This document shows positions 48,477 through 58,124 of a DNA stretch of 64,000 bases, one piece after another. The stretch lies in NCBI GenBank assembly GCA_965248265.1, contig CBDFJF010000001.1:1984001-2048000 (forward strand). Reading direction: 5' to 3'. The position numbers and the translations under genes are program-made. The notes below the pieces were generated by a model. That model saw only the letters and a list, made by a program, of their open reading frames with translations, was not told the DNA's origin and searched no databases. Source of the DNA: Candidatus Latescibacterota bacterium (GTDB lineage Bacteria > Latescibacterota > UBA2968 > UBA8231). The number at the start of each line of letters is the position of its first letter. Within the stretch, counting starts at the first letter, position 1.

Positions 48477-48538
48477 GCAACACTCGGCTGCGGCAACAAA
48501 GCGATCCGCTGCAAGCGATCCGCTGCCGCTGACATCAA

Positions 48539-49156
48539 TCAGTCACCCGCACGCCAGGGCGTGAACAGGTCATGCTCGATGTGCAGGAGGTTCAATACCC
48601 GTCCGGCGATGAAGTCGCCGAGATCATCGAAGGAGGTTGGCTTTTGATAAAACGCCGGCATGGCCGGCACCACCGATGCGCCGGCTTCGGCCACCGTCGT
48701 CAAGTTGCGCAGCTGGATTAGATTCAGCGGCGTTTCACGGGGCACGATTACCAGCGGCCGGCGTTCCTTTAGGGAAACGTCGGCTGAACGCTCGATCAGA
48801 TTGGTCGAGGATCCGTTGGCGATCCCGGCCAGGGTCTTGGTGGAGCATGGGATTACGACCATGCCGTCGGTGCGGACGGAACCGCTGGCCACGGCGCAGG
48901 TCAGGTCGTTCAGGCCCAGTTCAACCAGCGTACCGGCTGAAATCTCGTCGCCGTACAATCGTTGTAGAAAACCAGTGATCGTTTCCTTGTCGGGCAGCCA
49001 CCCCATCTCTTCGACGAGCAGGTAGCGTCCGTACTTGGAGAGGATCAGATCCACGGAGTGTCCCCCTCGCAGCAAGGCGCGCAGGAGTCTTGTCGCGTAC
49101 ACGGCGCCGCTGGCACCGGTAACGGCGACGATGACTTTCTTGCCCTGTGCCATCAA
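48539..49156 (-). CDS. ubiX: flavin prenyltransferase UbiX
   Basis: TGASGA, ASGS, PCS..TLA, RSADV.LKERR, RETP, PAFY. Confidence 0.93.
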   Translation of the reverse strand: MMAQGKKVIVAVTGASGAVYATRLLRALLRGGHSVDLILSKYGRYLLVEEMGWLPDKETITGFLQRLYGDEISAGTLVELGLNDLTCAVASGSVRTDGMVVIPCSTKTLAGIANGSSTNLIERSADVSLKERRPLVIVPRETPLNLIQLRNLTTVAEAGASVVPAMPAFYQKPTSFDDLGDFIAGRVLNLLHIEHDLFTPWRAGD

Positions 49157-49167
49157 CCTCTCCCTAC

Positions 49168-51138
49168 CTACTCCCGTTGGCCACGCGCGGTGGCCAGGGC
49201 TTCAATAATCCCGTCGACATCGTAGACGCAGCCACCCCACGTCCCACCACCGACATCCTGCAACGCCGCCCACAATCGAGTGTCATCGGGAAGTGCATCC
49301 TCCTCGGCCAGGTCCGATCGAAGCTCCCTTTCGGACAAGCGGCGTTCGCCTTCACTCGCTCCGAACTCCTCTTCGTCATGCCCGACCAGATCGACGCTGC
49401 CTCGCAGATTCACGGTATCGACGACGATCTCGATGATATCACCCTCCTGCAGCTTTCCCAATGGCCCACCCGCCAGAGCCTCCGGACCTATGTGCCCGAT
49501 ACAAGCCCCGGTAGAAACGCCGGAAAAGCGGGCATCCGTCAGTACCGCGACATACTTACCCCAATCGACATTTTTCAGAGCAATTGTCACCTGGGCAATC
49601 TCTTCCATGCCGCTGCCCATGGGACCGCAACTGAGCAGAACCAGCACGTCTCCAGGCTCGAGTTGCTTGCCCTTGATCGCGGCCATGGCATGTCGCTCAG
49701 AGGTAAAAATGCGCGCCGGACCACGCAGACGGTAAACACCTTGTTCGTCGAGCACACTCGGATCGATTGCCGTGCTCTTCACCACCGAGCCTTCTGGAGC
49801 CAGATTGCCCTTCGGAAAGCTGACGGTGCTGGTCAGGCCCCGTTCCCGGGCACGGCCTGGCGACATCACGACATCATCGGGATCCACGCCATCATGCTCC
49901 GATAGGAGTTCTCGAAACCTGCCGCGACGCTCCGAAGCCGCCCACCAGTCCAGGTTTTCGCCAAGACTGCTGCCCGTCACCGTCATGGCTTTCTCCTCGA
50001 GCAGACCCAGAGCCCGCAGGTGTAGCATGACTTCGGGAACGCCACCGGCCAGAAAGGCCCTCACCGTCGGATGAAAAGCGGGCCCGTTGGGCAGCACATC
50101 GACAATGCGGGGAACCAGCCGGTTGATGCGATCCCAGTCCTCGACCGTCGGCCGCCGACGTCCCGCCGCATAGGCAATTGCCGGTATGTGTAAGATCAGA
50201 TTGGTGGAACCGCCGAAAGCTGCGTGGACGACCATGGCATTGTGTAGGGCCGCGTCGGTGATGATGTCCTGTGAGGTGATGCCTTCGGCTTCCTGGCGCA
50301 CCAGGGCTCGGCCGGTACGGGCAGCCATCTCCAGCCACACAGATTCACCGGAGGGTGCCAGCGCCGAGTGGGGCAACGACAATCCGAGGGCCTCGCCGAC
50401 GACCTGCGAAGTGGCCGCCGTGCCCAGAAACTGACAGCCGCCGCCAGCCGTAGCGCAGGCCCGGCAACCCAGGTCGTTGACCTCATCGATCGTCATCTCG
50501 CCGTGAGCGAGTCGTGTGCCCACCGACTGGATGGTGCCCGCGTCCTCACCGCGAATGGGAGGCAGAGTAACGCCCCCTGGAACCACGGCCACCGGCAGCT
50601 GATGAATCCCGGCCAGAGCCAGCATCATGGCCGGCAGCCCCTTGTCGCAGGTGGCTACTCCCAATACCCCGCGCCGCGTCGGCAAGGAGCGGATCAACCG
50701 GCGCAACACGATCGCTGCATCGTTGCGGTAGGGCAGGCTGTCGAACATCCCCGTCGTGCCCTGGGTGCGCCCGTCACACGGATCGGAGCAGTAACCGGCA
50801 AAGGGAATCCCACCCTGACGGCGAATCTCCACTGCCGCCGCCTGCATCAGCAGGCCGACTTCCCAGTGCCCGGTGTGGTAGCCGAGAGCCACGGGCGAGC
50901 CATCGGGAGCACGAATGCCTCCCATCGTGCTGAGAATGAGGAACTCCTTGCGTCCCAATTCAGCCGGGTTCCACCCCATGCCAGCATTCTGGCTGTAAGC
51001 GAAAATGTCCCCGCTGGGGGAATTGATGACCTGATCTATTTGCAGAGGAAGCTTGCCACTGGGACCCTCGGCTTTAGTGCGTAGCTGGTAGACCGAGTCG
51101 TCATCCTTGACGAGGTCGTGGAAGGTTATGTTATCCAT
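49168..51138 (-). CDS. YjhG/YagF-family D-xylonate (sugar-acid) dehydratase, IlvD/Edd superfamily
   Basis: [67 protein letters not shown]. Confidence 0.88.
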   Translation of the reverse strand: MDNITFHDLVKDDDSVYQLRTKAEGPSGKLPLQIDQVINSPSGDIFAYSQNAGMGWNPAELGRKEFLILSTMGGIRAPDGSPVALGYHTGHWEVGLLMQAAAVEIRRQGGIPFAGYCSDPCDGRTQGTTGMFDSLPYRNDAAIVLRRLIRSLPTRRGVLGVATCDKGLPAMMLALAGIHQLPVAVVPGGVTLPPIRGEDAGTIQSVGTRLAHGEMTIDEVNDLGCRACATAGGGCQFLGTAATSQVVGEALGLSLPHSALAPSGESVWLEMAARTGRALVRQEAEGITSQDIITDAALHNAMVVHAAFGGSTNLILHIPAIAYAAGRRRPTVEDWDRINRLVPRIVDVLPNGPAFHPTVRAFLAGGVPEVMLHLRALGLLEEKAMTVTGSSLGENLDWWAASERRGRFRELLSEHDGVDPDDVVMSPGRARERGLTSTVSFPKGNLAPEGSVVKSTAIDPSVLDEQGVYRLRGPARIFTSERHAMAAIKGKQLEPGDVLVLLSCGPMGSGMEEIAQVTIALKNVDWGKYVAVLTDARFSGVSTGACIGHIGPEALAGGPLGKLQEGDIIEIVVDTVNLRGSVDLVGHDEEEFGASEGERRLSERELRSDLAEEDALPDDTRLWAALQDVGGGTWGGCVYDVDGIIEALATARGQRE

Positions 51139-51147
51139 CCGTCTTTG

Positions 51148-52044
51148 CTAGTTGAACTGGAGGGCCAGTTGGTCACCTAACACCAGCAGATCCGCCAGCG
51201 TGAACCCGAAGTAGAGAACGCTGACGACACTATTCATGGTCATGAAGGCCATGTTGACCCTGGTCAGGTCATCCGGTCGCACCAGATAATGCTCATACAC
51301 CAGTAGACCGGCGATGATGACGATGCCAGCCAGGTAGATACCATTGAGCGCTGCGATGTAGCCGACAGCCGCCATCGCGACGATGGCAAGACCGTGAAAG
51401 AAACGGGCGCATAACAGCGCACCCTTGAGGCCAAAACGGACCGGAATCGAGTGCAGTCCGGTCCGCGTGTCGAACTCATAATCCTGGCAGGCATATAGGA
51501 TATCGAAGCCGGCAACCCAGGCGAGTACGGCCACACCGAGAACGACTGGCGCCAACGAGAACCCACCGGTAACTGCGATCCAGGCGCCGAGGGGGGCCAG
51601 TCCAATACTCAATCCCAGCATCACGTGCGAAAGCCAGGTAAAACGCTTGGTGAGCGAATAGAGTAAGACGACCCCCAGAGCCACCGGCGACAGGTACAGG
51701 CAGAGCGTGTTCAATTGGCCAGCGGCGTACACGAGAACGGCCGCTGAAACAAGCACGAAGGTCAACACAGCACGCACGGAGACCAGACCGGTCGGCAGTT
51801 CGCGGGCGCTCGTCCTGGGATTGGCCGCGTCGATGAAACGATCTGCGATGCGATTAAACCCCATAGCGGCGCTGCGGGCACTGACCATGGCGACGATGAT
51901 CCAGGCGATCTGGCTCACCGTTATGCCGTTGACGCTGGCAGCCAATGCCGCCCCGCTGAGGGCGAACGGCAGTGCGAACACACTGTGCGAAAACTTGATC
52001 ATGCGTCCGTAAATGGTGACCGGACGCAGTGGATTCATCGCCAT
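51148..52044 (-). CDS. mqnP: UbiA-like polyprenyltransferase of the futalosine pathway
   Basis: KFSHSVFALPF, RSAAMGFNRIADR.ID..NPRT..RELP, GFDILYACQD. Confidence 0.85.
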   Translation of the reverse strand: MAMNPLRPVTIYGRMIKFSHSVFALPFALSGAALAASVNGITVSQIAWIIVAMVSARSAAMGFNRIADRFIDAANPRTSARELPTGLVSVRAVLTFVLVSAAVLVYAAGQLNTLCLYLSPVALGVVLLYSLTKRFTWLSHVMLGLSIGLAPLGAWIAVTGGFSLAPVVLGVAVLAWVAGFDILYACQDYEFDTRTGLHSIPVRFGLKGALLCARFFHGLAIVAMAAVGYIAALNGIYLAGIVIIAGLLVYEHYLVRPDDLTRVNMAFMTMNSVVSVLYFGFTLADLLVLGDQLALQFN

Positions 52045-52073
52045 CGCTCTACCTTCATTCGCTCACTGCGCAT

Positions 52074-52913
52074 TCATTCACCGCGCTCGTAAAACCGCAA
52101 TTCGGGAATGCTGTCGATCATATTGTGGGCGGCGGCCAGCTGGTAAAACTCTTTCAACCCACTCACCGCTGGCGGCCCCAGATCGTATTGGATGTGATCG
52201 CGAAGATAGCGTTCGTAGAGCTCGCTTGAGCCCGCGCGTTGTCGCTGAAAGTCGACTGCGATGTCGGCGTAGAGAGCTTCCCCCGCTCGCTTTGCAGCGA
52301 TCAAACGCTTGACTTCTGCCGGCTCCAATGCGGCTTCCCGTCCTGCCCAGAAAGCGAATACGAACGCATGACCGGTAAGGTCGAGCCATTCCTGACCCAG
52401 GTCCAGACTACGCCGGTCCGATTGGGCTTCTTCCTCTACCAAAGGCAATACGGGATCCCCTATCAATAGCGCCGCGTCCGCCTGGTGAAGCATGGCGTCT
52501 AGATCAGGTGCCGCGTCATGTAAGACGGGATCCAACCCGTACTTCTCTCTCAATACGATCTGCAGCAGGCCTATCGATGTCTGCGAACTGCGATCGGCGG
52601 CGACGGTGCGAATGCGTTCCAGGGACCCGCGGTAGAAGAGGCGCACGGTGAGCACTTTCCCATTACAACCTATGGCCACATCGGGAACAACGTGGTAACA
52701 GATGTCGCTGGATCCGTACGCGATCGCCGGGATCAGCCCCACGTCGATCCGGCCGGCCGCAAGTTCGGTGCTGCACGCGGAAGGAACGTGGTATGAAAGC
52801 TCAAAGTCGCGACCGAGTCCGCGAACACCATCGCCAGTTAGGGTCGCTGTCAGAGGGCGGGCATTGAGATAACTCACCGCGCCCAGGCGAACCGGAGTGC
52901 GGGGAGCGCTCAC
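52074..52913 (-). CDS. mqnA: chorismate dehydratase
   Basis: GAVSYLNARPL, S.TS, LLIGD, DLGQEW..LTG..FVFA.W. Confidence 0.88.
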   Translation of the reverse strand: MSAPRTPVRLGAVSYLNARPLTATLTGDGVRGLGRDFELSYHVPSACSTELAAGRIDVGLIPAIAYGSSDICYHVVPDVAIGCNGKVLTVRLFYRGSLERIRTVAADRSSQTSIGLLQIVLREKYGLDPVLHDAAPDLDAMLHQADAALLIGDPVLPLVEEEAQSDRRSLDLGQEWLDLTGHAFVFAFWAGREAALEPAEVKRLIAAKRAGEALYADIAVDFQRQRAGSSELYERYLRDHIQYDLGPPAVSGLKEFYQLAAAHNMIDSIPELRFYERGE

Positions 52914-54046
52914 GAAGCCTTATTGAGGGCCTGCAACCGTGGACGCGTGGCCACGAGATCGTAGCGGGTGTTGCGCCGCTTCGGCTCGTACCCCGCGTCC
53001 TTGATCAGGCGCTCCATCGCCTCGAGATCCATCTCGTTGGTGTGGCTGGTTCCGGCGGCGCTGACGACGTTCTCCTCGAGCATGGTGCTGCCGAAATCAT
53101 TGATGCCGTAGCGCAGACTGACCTGGGCGATGCGCGGACCCTGCGTTACCCAGGAGGCTTGCAGGCTATCGATGTTGTCGAAGAAGAGGCGGGCGACTGC
53201 AACCGTGCGCAGGTGATCGAAGCCAGTTGCCTTGAAGCCGTGCCAACGCTCGGCGTCGGCGCCCAGGTCAGTGGACTCGGGTTGGAAATTCCACGTGATG
53301 AAAGCGGTAAAGCCTCCAGTCTCATCCTGCAGGTCTCTCAGCAACGCCATGTGTTCCAGGCGATGATCGACCGACTCCACATGACCATACATCATCGTCG
53401 CCGTCGTCCGCATCCCCAGACCATGAGCAACCCGATGCACCTCCAACCACTCCGCCGTGCGGTCTTTGCGAAAACCGATAACATCACGCACCTCGTCATT
53501 GAGGATCTCCGCGCCAGCTCCGGGAATGGAATCCAGTCCAGCCACCTGCAGACGAGTGATGGTTTCTTCAAGCGACAGGCGTGACAGATGGGCGATATAG
53601 ATGATCTCGGTTGCCGATAGGCAGTGCAGTTGGACCATCGGGTAGCGTTGCGCGATCTGTCCGAGCAGGTCTTCGTAGTAATCCAGACGCAGCTTCGGGT
53701 TGAGCCCGCCCTGCATCAGTATCTCGCACGATTTGGGCTCATCACCGCCAAAGGCCACGAGTTCGTCGATCTTGGCGAACACCTCCTCGTGAGGCAGCAC
53801 GTAACCTTCCTCCGACCCCGGTGCCCGGTAGAAGGCACAAAAATCACACTTCACCCAGCACACGTTCGTGTAGTTGATGTTGCGCCCGACGTTGTAGGTA
53901 ACGATCTGATTGTCGTGGCGCCGGTGACGCACCCAGTGCGCCAGCATGCCCAGCTCTGCGAGGTTCGGATGCGCCAACAGACGCCTGGCATCCTCGACCT
54001 CAAGGCGCACCCCGCCGTAGACCTTCTGGGCAATATCGTCGATCAC
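52910..54046 (-). CDS. mqnC: cyclic dehypoxanthine futalosine synthase (radical SAM)
   Basis: RNINYTNVC..KCDFCAFYR, MQGG, QASWVTQG, DFGSTMLEENVVSAAG. Confidence 0.92.
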   Translation of the reverse strand: MIDDIAQKVYGGVRLEVEDARRLLAHPNLAELGMLAHWVRHRRHDNQIVTYNVGRNINYTNVCWVKCDFCAFYRAPGSEEGYVLPHEEVFAKIDELVAFGGDEPKSCEILMQGGLNPKLRLDYYEDLLGQIAQRYPMVQLHCLSATEIIYIAHLSRLSLEETITRLQVAGLDSIPGAGAEILNDEVRDVIGFRKDRTAEWLEVHRVAHGLGMRTTATMMYGHVESVDHRLEHMALLRDLQDETGGFTAFITWNFQPESTDLGADAERWHGFKATGFDHLRTVAVARLFFDNIDSLQASWVTQGPRIAQVSLRYGINDFGSTMLEENVVSAAGTSHTNEMDLEAMERLIKDAGYEPKRRNTRYDLVATRPRLQALNKAS

Positions 54047-55197
54047 CCCGCCGCTTCTCCCGTCATTTCCATGTCAGGGACGATGTTGTAAAGGCTGTCA
54101 CGCTCCACCGGCTTGCGCCCAGCTTCCACGATGCGATCGAGAAGTTGTTGTTGTGTCAGTCGCTGCTGGGTTTCCTCGAAGCTTTGCCGGGTAATCTCGT
54201 AGTCCATGATGGTGCCATCGATGTCGTTGGCGCCGTACCACAGGGCAACCTGCGAGATCTCTATCGTGTTCATGATCCAGAACGTCTTGACGTGCGGAAA
54301 GTTGTCCAGCATCAGGCGACCGATGGCGATCTCTTTCAGATCCAGCGCCCCGGTTGGTCCGGGTAGATGATCAATCTCCGTCCGCTCGGGATGGAAGGAG
54401 AGTGGGATGTAAGCCAGGAATCCGCCGGTTTCGTCCTGTACCTCGCGGAGCCGCGTCAGGTGATAGACCTTCTCTTCCTTGTTCTCGACGTGACCGTACA
54501 GCATCGTCGCGTTCGTGAGCAGGCCCGCCTTGTGTGCGGTGGCGGCGATGCGCAGCCAGTCATCCGAATCACCCTTGGTCCAGAACAGGGTCTCGTGAAC
54601 GCGCTCGCTGAAGACCTCCGCGCCACCACCGGGCAACGACTCAAGTCCGGCCTCCTTCAGATCAGCCAACACCTCCTCCAGCGGCTTTTTGGCGACTCGC
54701 TGTATCTGCGCCAGCTCGATCATCGTGAACGCCTTCAGATGCGCCGCCGGCCGCGCCTCCTTCATCGCCTGCAGGACCTCGAGGTAGTAGGAGTACGGCA
54801 GTTTGGGATTGACGCCCCCCACCATGTGGATTTCCGTGATCGGAGCATCCCCATACTCGAGGACGCGCTGTTGCACTTGTCGCGGTGTCAGCACGTAGCC
54901 CCGCTCGTCCTTCGGCTTTACATAGAAGGAGCAGAACTTGCAGAGCTTGTTGCAGACGTTGGTGTAGTTGATGTGTTGATTGCGCACATAATAGGTGGTG
55001 TCGCCATGCAGCTGCTCGCGCACCCGATTGGCGAGGTAGGCGAGCGCCGGCAGGTCGGGGGATGCGTAGAGGCGCAACCCATCGTCGGCATTGAGACGCT
55101 CGTTGGCGCGAATCTTGGCCTCGATGTCGGCGAGGCCAGCTCGCGCAATCTCCTGCTCAAAAATGGCGCTGCGATTGTCGCGTACGGAAGTTGGCAT
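54043..55197 (-). CDS. mqnE: aminodeoxyfutalosine synthase (radical SAM)
   Basis: HINYTNVC..CKFCSF, PGGGAEVF, NATMLYGHVE, LDNFPHVK.FW, D.DGT, PVERDSLYN. Confidence 0.92.
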   Translation of the reverse strand: MPTSVRDNRSAIFEQEIARAGLADIEAKIRANERLNADDGLRLYASPDLPALAYLANRVREQLHGDTTYYVRNQHINYTNVCNKLCKFCSFYVKPKDERGYVLTPRQVQQRVLEYGDAPITEIHMVGGVNPKLPYSYYLEVLQAMKEARPAAHLKAFTMIELAQIQRVAKKPLEEVLADLKEAGLESLPGGGAEVFSERVHETLFWTKGDSDDWLRIAATAHKAGLLTNATMLYGHVENKEEKVYHLTRLREVQDETGGFLAYIPLSFHPERTEIDHLPGPTGALDLKEIAIGRLMLDNFPHVKTFWIMNTIEISQVALWYGANDIDGTIMDYEITRQSFEETQQRLTQQQLLDRIVEAGRKPVERDSLYNIVPDMEMTGEAAG

Positions 55198-55253
55198 GGA
55201 TGAGGTTGGCTTGGATCAGGTGGAGAAGAACATAGGCAAGGCCTCTGCGGTCC

Positions 55254-56069
55254 TCAATTCGCTTTGTGACCCTGGTACACGGCGCAGATGCCGAGAGTCA
55301 ACGAGGTCATCCTCTCTCTATCGAAACCGGCATCCCGCATCAGCCGAAGAAAGCCGTCGGGCTGTGGAAAAGCGGCAACCGATTCAGGCAGGTACGCGTA
55401 GGCCTGACGGTTCCCTGAAATGATACCGCCCAGAACCGGAAGTATGTGCTTGAAATAGAATCGATACAGCTGGCTGAATACGGGAGCGGTAGGCTCGGTA
55501 AACTCGAGTATTACCAGCTCTCCACCCGGTTTGAGGACTCTCCGGGCCTGTGCTAAGCCCACCGAGACATCTCCGAAGTTGCGGACCCCGAAGGCCGCGG
55601 TAACCAGGTCAAAACTGTCGTCGGCGAATGGCAAGCTCTCAGCATCCGCACACAGCAGTGTCATGGGAATCTCTGGAGTTCCAGCCACAGCCGCTGCGCC
55701 AATGTCGGCCGCGACCTGACTCGACCCGTTCGCGCGCGATCCGAGTTTGCTCGACCCGAGTCGTAGCATGTTGAGAGCAACATCAGCACCGACCACGCGC
55801 CGTGGTTTAAGACGCCTCGCGGCTATGGCGAAGTCACCAGTGCCCGTGGCGAGATCCAGCACGCGTGCAGGGCGCTCACCACGGACCAGAGAAAGGGCAC
55901 GACGGCGCCAGTAGAGATCGATACCGGCGCTCAACAAGTGGTTGAGCAGATCGTATCGGGAGGCGATGGCGTTGAACATTCCCTGAACACGTCGTTTGCG
56001 TTCGTGTATCGCATCCTCCGACTCACGGCCTTGCCAGGCATTCAATGCCGACCTGCGCCCATCTGTCAA
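55254..56069 (-). CDS. menG: demethylmenaquinone methyltransferase
   Basis: MFNAIASRYDLLNHLLSAG.D..WR, LDLATGTGD, AFGVRN, YAYLPESV. Confidence 0.92.
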   Translation of the reverse strand: MTDGRRSALNAWQGRESEDAIHERKRRVQGMFNAIASRYDLLNHLLSAGIDLYWRRRALSLVRGERPARVLDLATGTGDFAIAARRLKPRRVVGADVALNMLRLGSSKLGSRANGSSQVAADIGAAAVAGTPEIPMTLLCADAESLPFADDSFDLVTAAFGVRNFGDVSVGLAQARRVLKPGGELVILEFTEPTAPVFSQLYRFYFKHILPVLGGIISGNRQAYAYLPESVAAFPQPDGFLRLMRDAGFDRERMTSLTLGICAVYQGHKAN

Positions 56070-56173
56070 TGTGTTCCTGTTCGTGGTATTGTACGATCGA
56101 ATCTGGCCATTTCACCCCGCATCGAACGGTTAATTAGTATAATACCACCCATGCGGAATGACATTTTTTTGTA

Positions 56174-57562
56174 ATGGCTGAATCTGATACCCCCCTTCCC
56201 CGCATCCTGGTCTGCGACGTCGACGACGACGTCCTGGGGTGCATAGCTGCCAGCATCGACGACTCGTCTGTCGATATCGAAGAGGCCGCAGACCGAGAGG
56301 ATTGCCTCGAGCGGCTCGGGCGCCGGGAGTTCGATCTCGTCCTCGTGGACCTGACGGCGGACGGAGAATCCGGCCTCGGATTGCTCGAACAGATTCGCGA
56401 TCGTTTTTCCGAAACACTGGCCATCGCCCTGTCCGGCGCCGCGACCGGCCAGGAGACGGCGGAAACGGCACTGGCCCGGGGGGCCTACGATTTCTTCTCG
56501 CAGCCGACTGACTTAACACGGCTGCGCTGGGTGGTGGATAGAGCCCTGGAGCGTGTTCGGCTGTCGCGAGCCAACCGCGACCTTCGACACCAGCTCGGGC
56601 AACGCAGCGACGATTCCACCACATTTCGCCGGATCGTGCGCTTGAGTCCGGCGATGGAGGCGGTCACCCGCACCGTCAAGCAGGTGGCGCTGACGGATGT
56701 CCCGATCCTGCTTCGCGGAGAAACCGGGGTTGGCAAGGAGCTCACTGCACGCACGATACACGAACGCAGTAAGAGATCGAATGGACCTTTTGTCGCCGTG
56801 AACTGCGGCGGGTTCACGGAGGATCTGTTCTCCTCGGAGCTGTTCGGCCATGTCAGGGGTGCTTTCACCGGAGCCCACGCCGATCGCCCTGGCCGCTTTG
56901 CCATAGCGGAAGCCGGCACCCTGTTTCTCGACGAAATCGGCGAGGTTCCGTTGAAGAACCAGGTTGAGCTGCTGCGTGCTTTGGAATCGAGGGAGTACCA
57001 ACCGCTGGGTGATACACAGGTTCATCAGGCCGATGTGCGTATCATCGCCGCCACCAACCGGGATCTCGAAGCCAGTGTTCAGAGGGGCACCTTCCGCGAC
57101 GATCTGTACTACCGCCTCAACGTGGTACCCATCGACGTCCCGCCTCTGCGGGCCCGCCAAAGTGACATCCCGGTTTTGATCGAGACCTTTCTCGAGGAGG
57201 CCTGTCGCGCCTACGACCAGCCGCTGAAGCGGGTAGACGCCGACACCATGGAAAGCCTCATCCACCATCCATGGCCTGGCAATGTCCGGGAATTGCGCAA
57301 CCTAATCCAACGACTCGTCGTCACCACTCCTGGACCATCGATCCTTCCGCGCCACCTCGACGAGATCTTGGACAATAGCGGCAACAATGATGGAGAGCGG
57401 CACTTCGATGTCGCCGTAGGCTCCACCATAGAAGATGTCGAGGCGGAGTTGATCCGGCAGACCCTGCAGCGGGTCACCTCCAACAGACGGGATGCTGCCT
57501 CGATTCTCGGAATAAGCGTGCGGTCGCTTCAATACAAGTTGAAGAAGTACAAGATCAGGTAG
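56174..57562 (+). CDS. sigma54-dependent response regulator (REC-AAA+-HTH, NtrC/AtoC family)
   Basis: GETGVGKE, GAFTGA, LFLDEIGE, WPGNVREL, C-terminal HTH. Confidence 0.92.
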   Translation: MAESDTPLPRILVCDVDDDVLGCIAASIDDSSVDIEEAADREDCLERLGRREFDLVLVDLTADGESGLGLLEQIRDRFSETLAIALSGAATGQETAETALARGAYDFFSQPTDLTRLRWVVDRALERVRLSRANRDLRHQLGQRSDDSTTFRRIVRLSPAMEAVTRTVKQVALTDVPILLRGETGVGKELTARTIHERSKRSNGPFVAVNCGGFTEDLFSSELFGHVRGAFTGAHADRPGRFAIAEAGTLFLDEIGEVPLKNQVELLRALESREYQPLGDTQVHQADVRIIAATNRDLEASVQRGTFRDDLYYRLNVVPIDVPPLRARQSDIPVLIETFLEEACRAYDQPLKRVDADTMESLIHHPWPGNVRELRNLIQRLVVTTPGPSILPRHLDEILDNSGNNDGERHFDVAVGSTIEDVEAELIRQTLQRVTSNRRDAASILGISVRSLQYKLKKYKIR

Positions 57563-57631
57563 CCACCCCCTGATATTGCACCGTCCCACCACTTTATCTT
57601 GTTATAACTCCACCCAGATCCCCTGCCAATC

Positions 57632-57646
57632 GTGCAATAATTGCAC
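57632..57646. promoter_or_regulatory. palindromic operator GTGCAATAATTGCAC (copy 1 of 3)
   Basis: Near-identical palindromes recur at 57930-57944 and 58038-58052. Confidence 0.6.
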
Positions 57647-57744
57647 TTTGGTGATATTACTCACACAACTGAGTTGATCCCACCGCGAAGTAATTTCTTA
57701 TATATAATTTATAAACAACAAGTTATAGTCATTTTATATGCGGT

Positions 57745-57760
57745 CGGTACCATATTTGCA
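57745..57760 (+). promoter_or_regulatory. sigma54 promoter upstream of the sigma70 gene
   Basis: CGGTAC-CATAT-TTGCA (GG-N10-GC) after an AT-rich IHF-like tract (AAACAACAAGTTA). Confidence 0.65.
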
Positions 57761-58124
57761 TATACCAGTGCGCGAGGAACCAATGCCGGGGTTGTTGGAA
57801 CCCCCAGCAGTAGTGGGAAAAGCTGGTAAGTGAAGATGTGATATCAACTTATCACGCTAATGGAAACGCCGCACGGTTATACGATTGCGGCGCTTCCGGT
57901 TCGACCAGTGATGCCGCCGATCGTGTTTGATGCAATATTTGCATGCTGCGTTCGGCCTGTTCAAAGCACCTACGTAAGCGGTAAAATGGCAAGTTAGGAA
58001 AGATGTCGAAATTGTCGCTCTGATCTGGCAATTTGGCATGCAATATTTGCACAGTCGCGCGGCCGATACCAAATCAACCGTGCGCCACAGCGGAGATCAG
58101 AGACCACGCAAGACAAGGAGAGAG

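Noticed and set aside
48499-48526. AAGCGATCCGCTGC tandem duplication
   Set aside because: Only two adjacent copies with no spacers; not CRISPR, likely slippage.
58034-58050. TGGCAT...TTGC as a second sigma54 promoter
   Set aside because: GG-to-GC spacing is not 10 bp.
57632-58052. Repeated palindromes as a possible CRISPR array
   Set aside because: 15-bp units with irregular spacing (298 and 108 bp) and no cas genes; better explained as operators.
58038-58124. ORF-track start of the sigma factor at 58038
   Set aside because: ATG lies inside the palindrome with no RBS; 58125 has AAGGAG.
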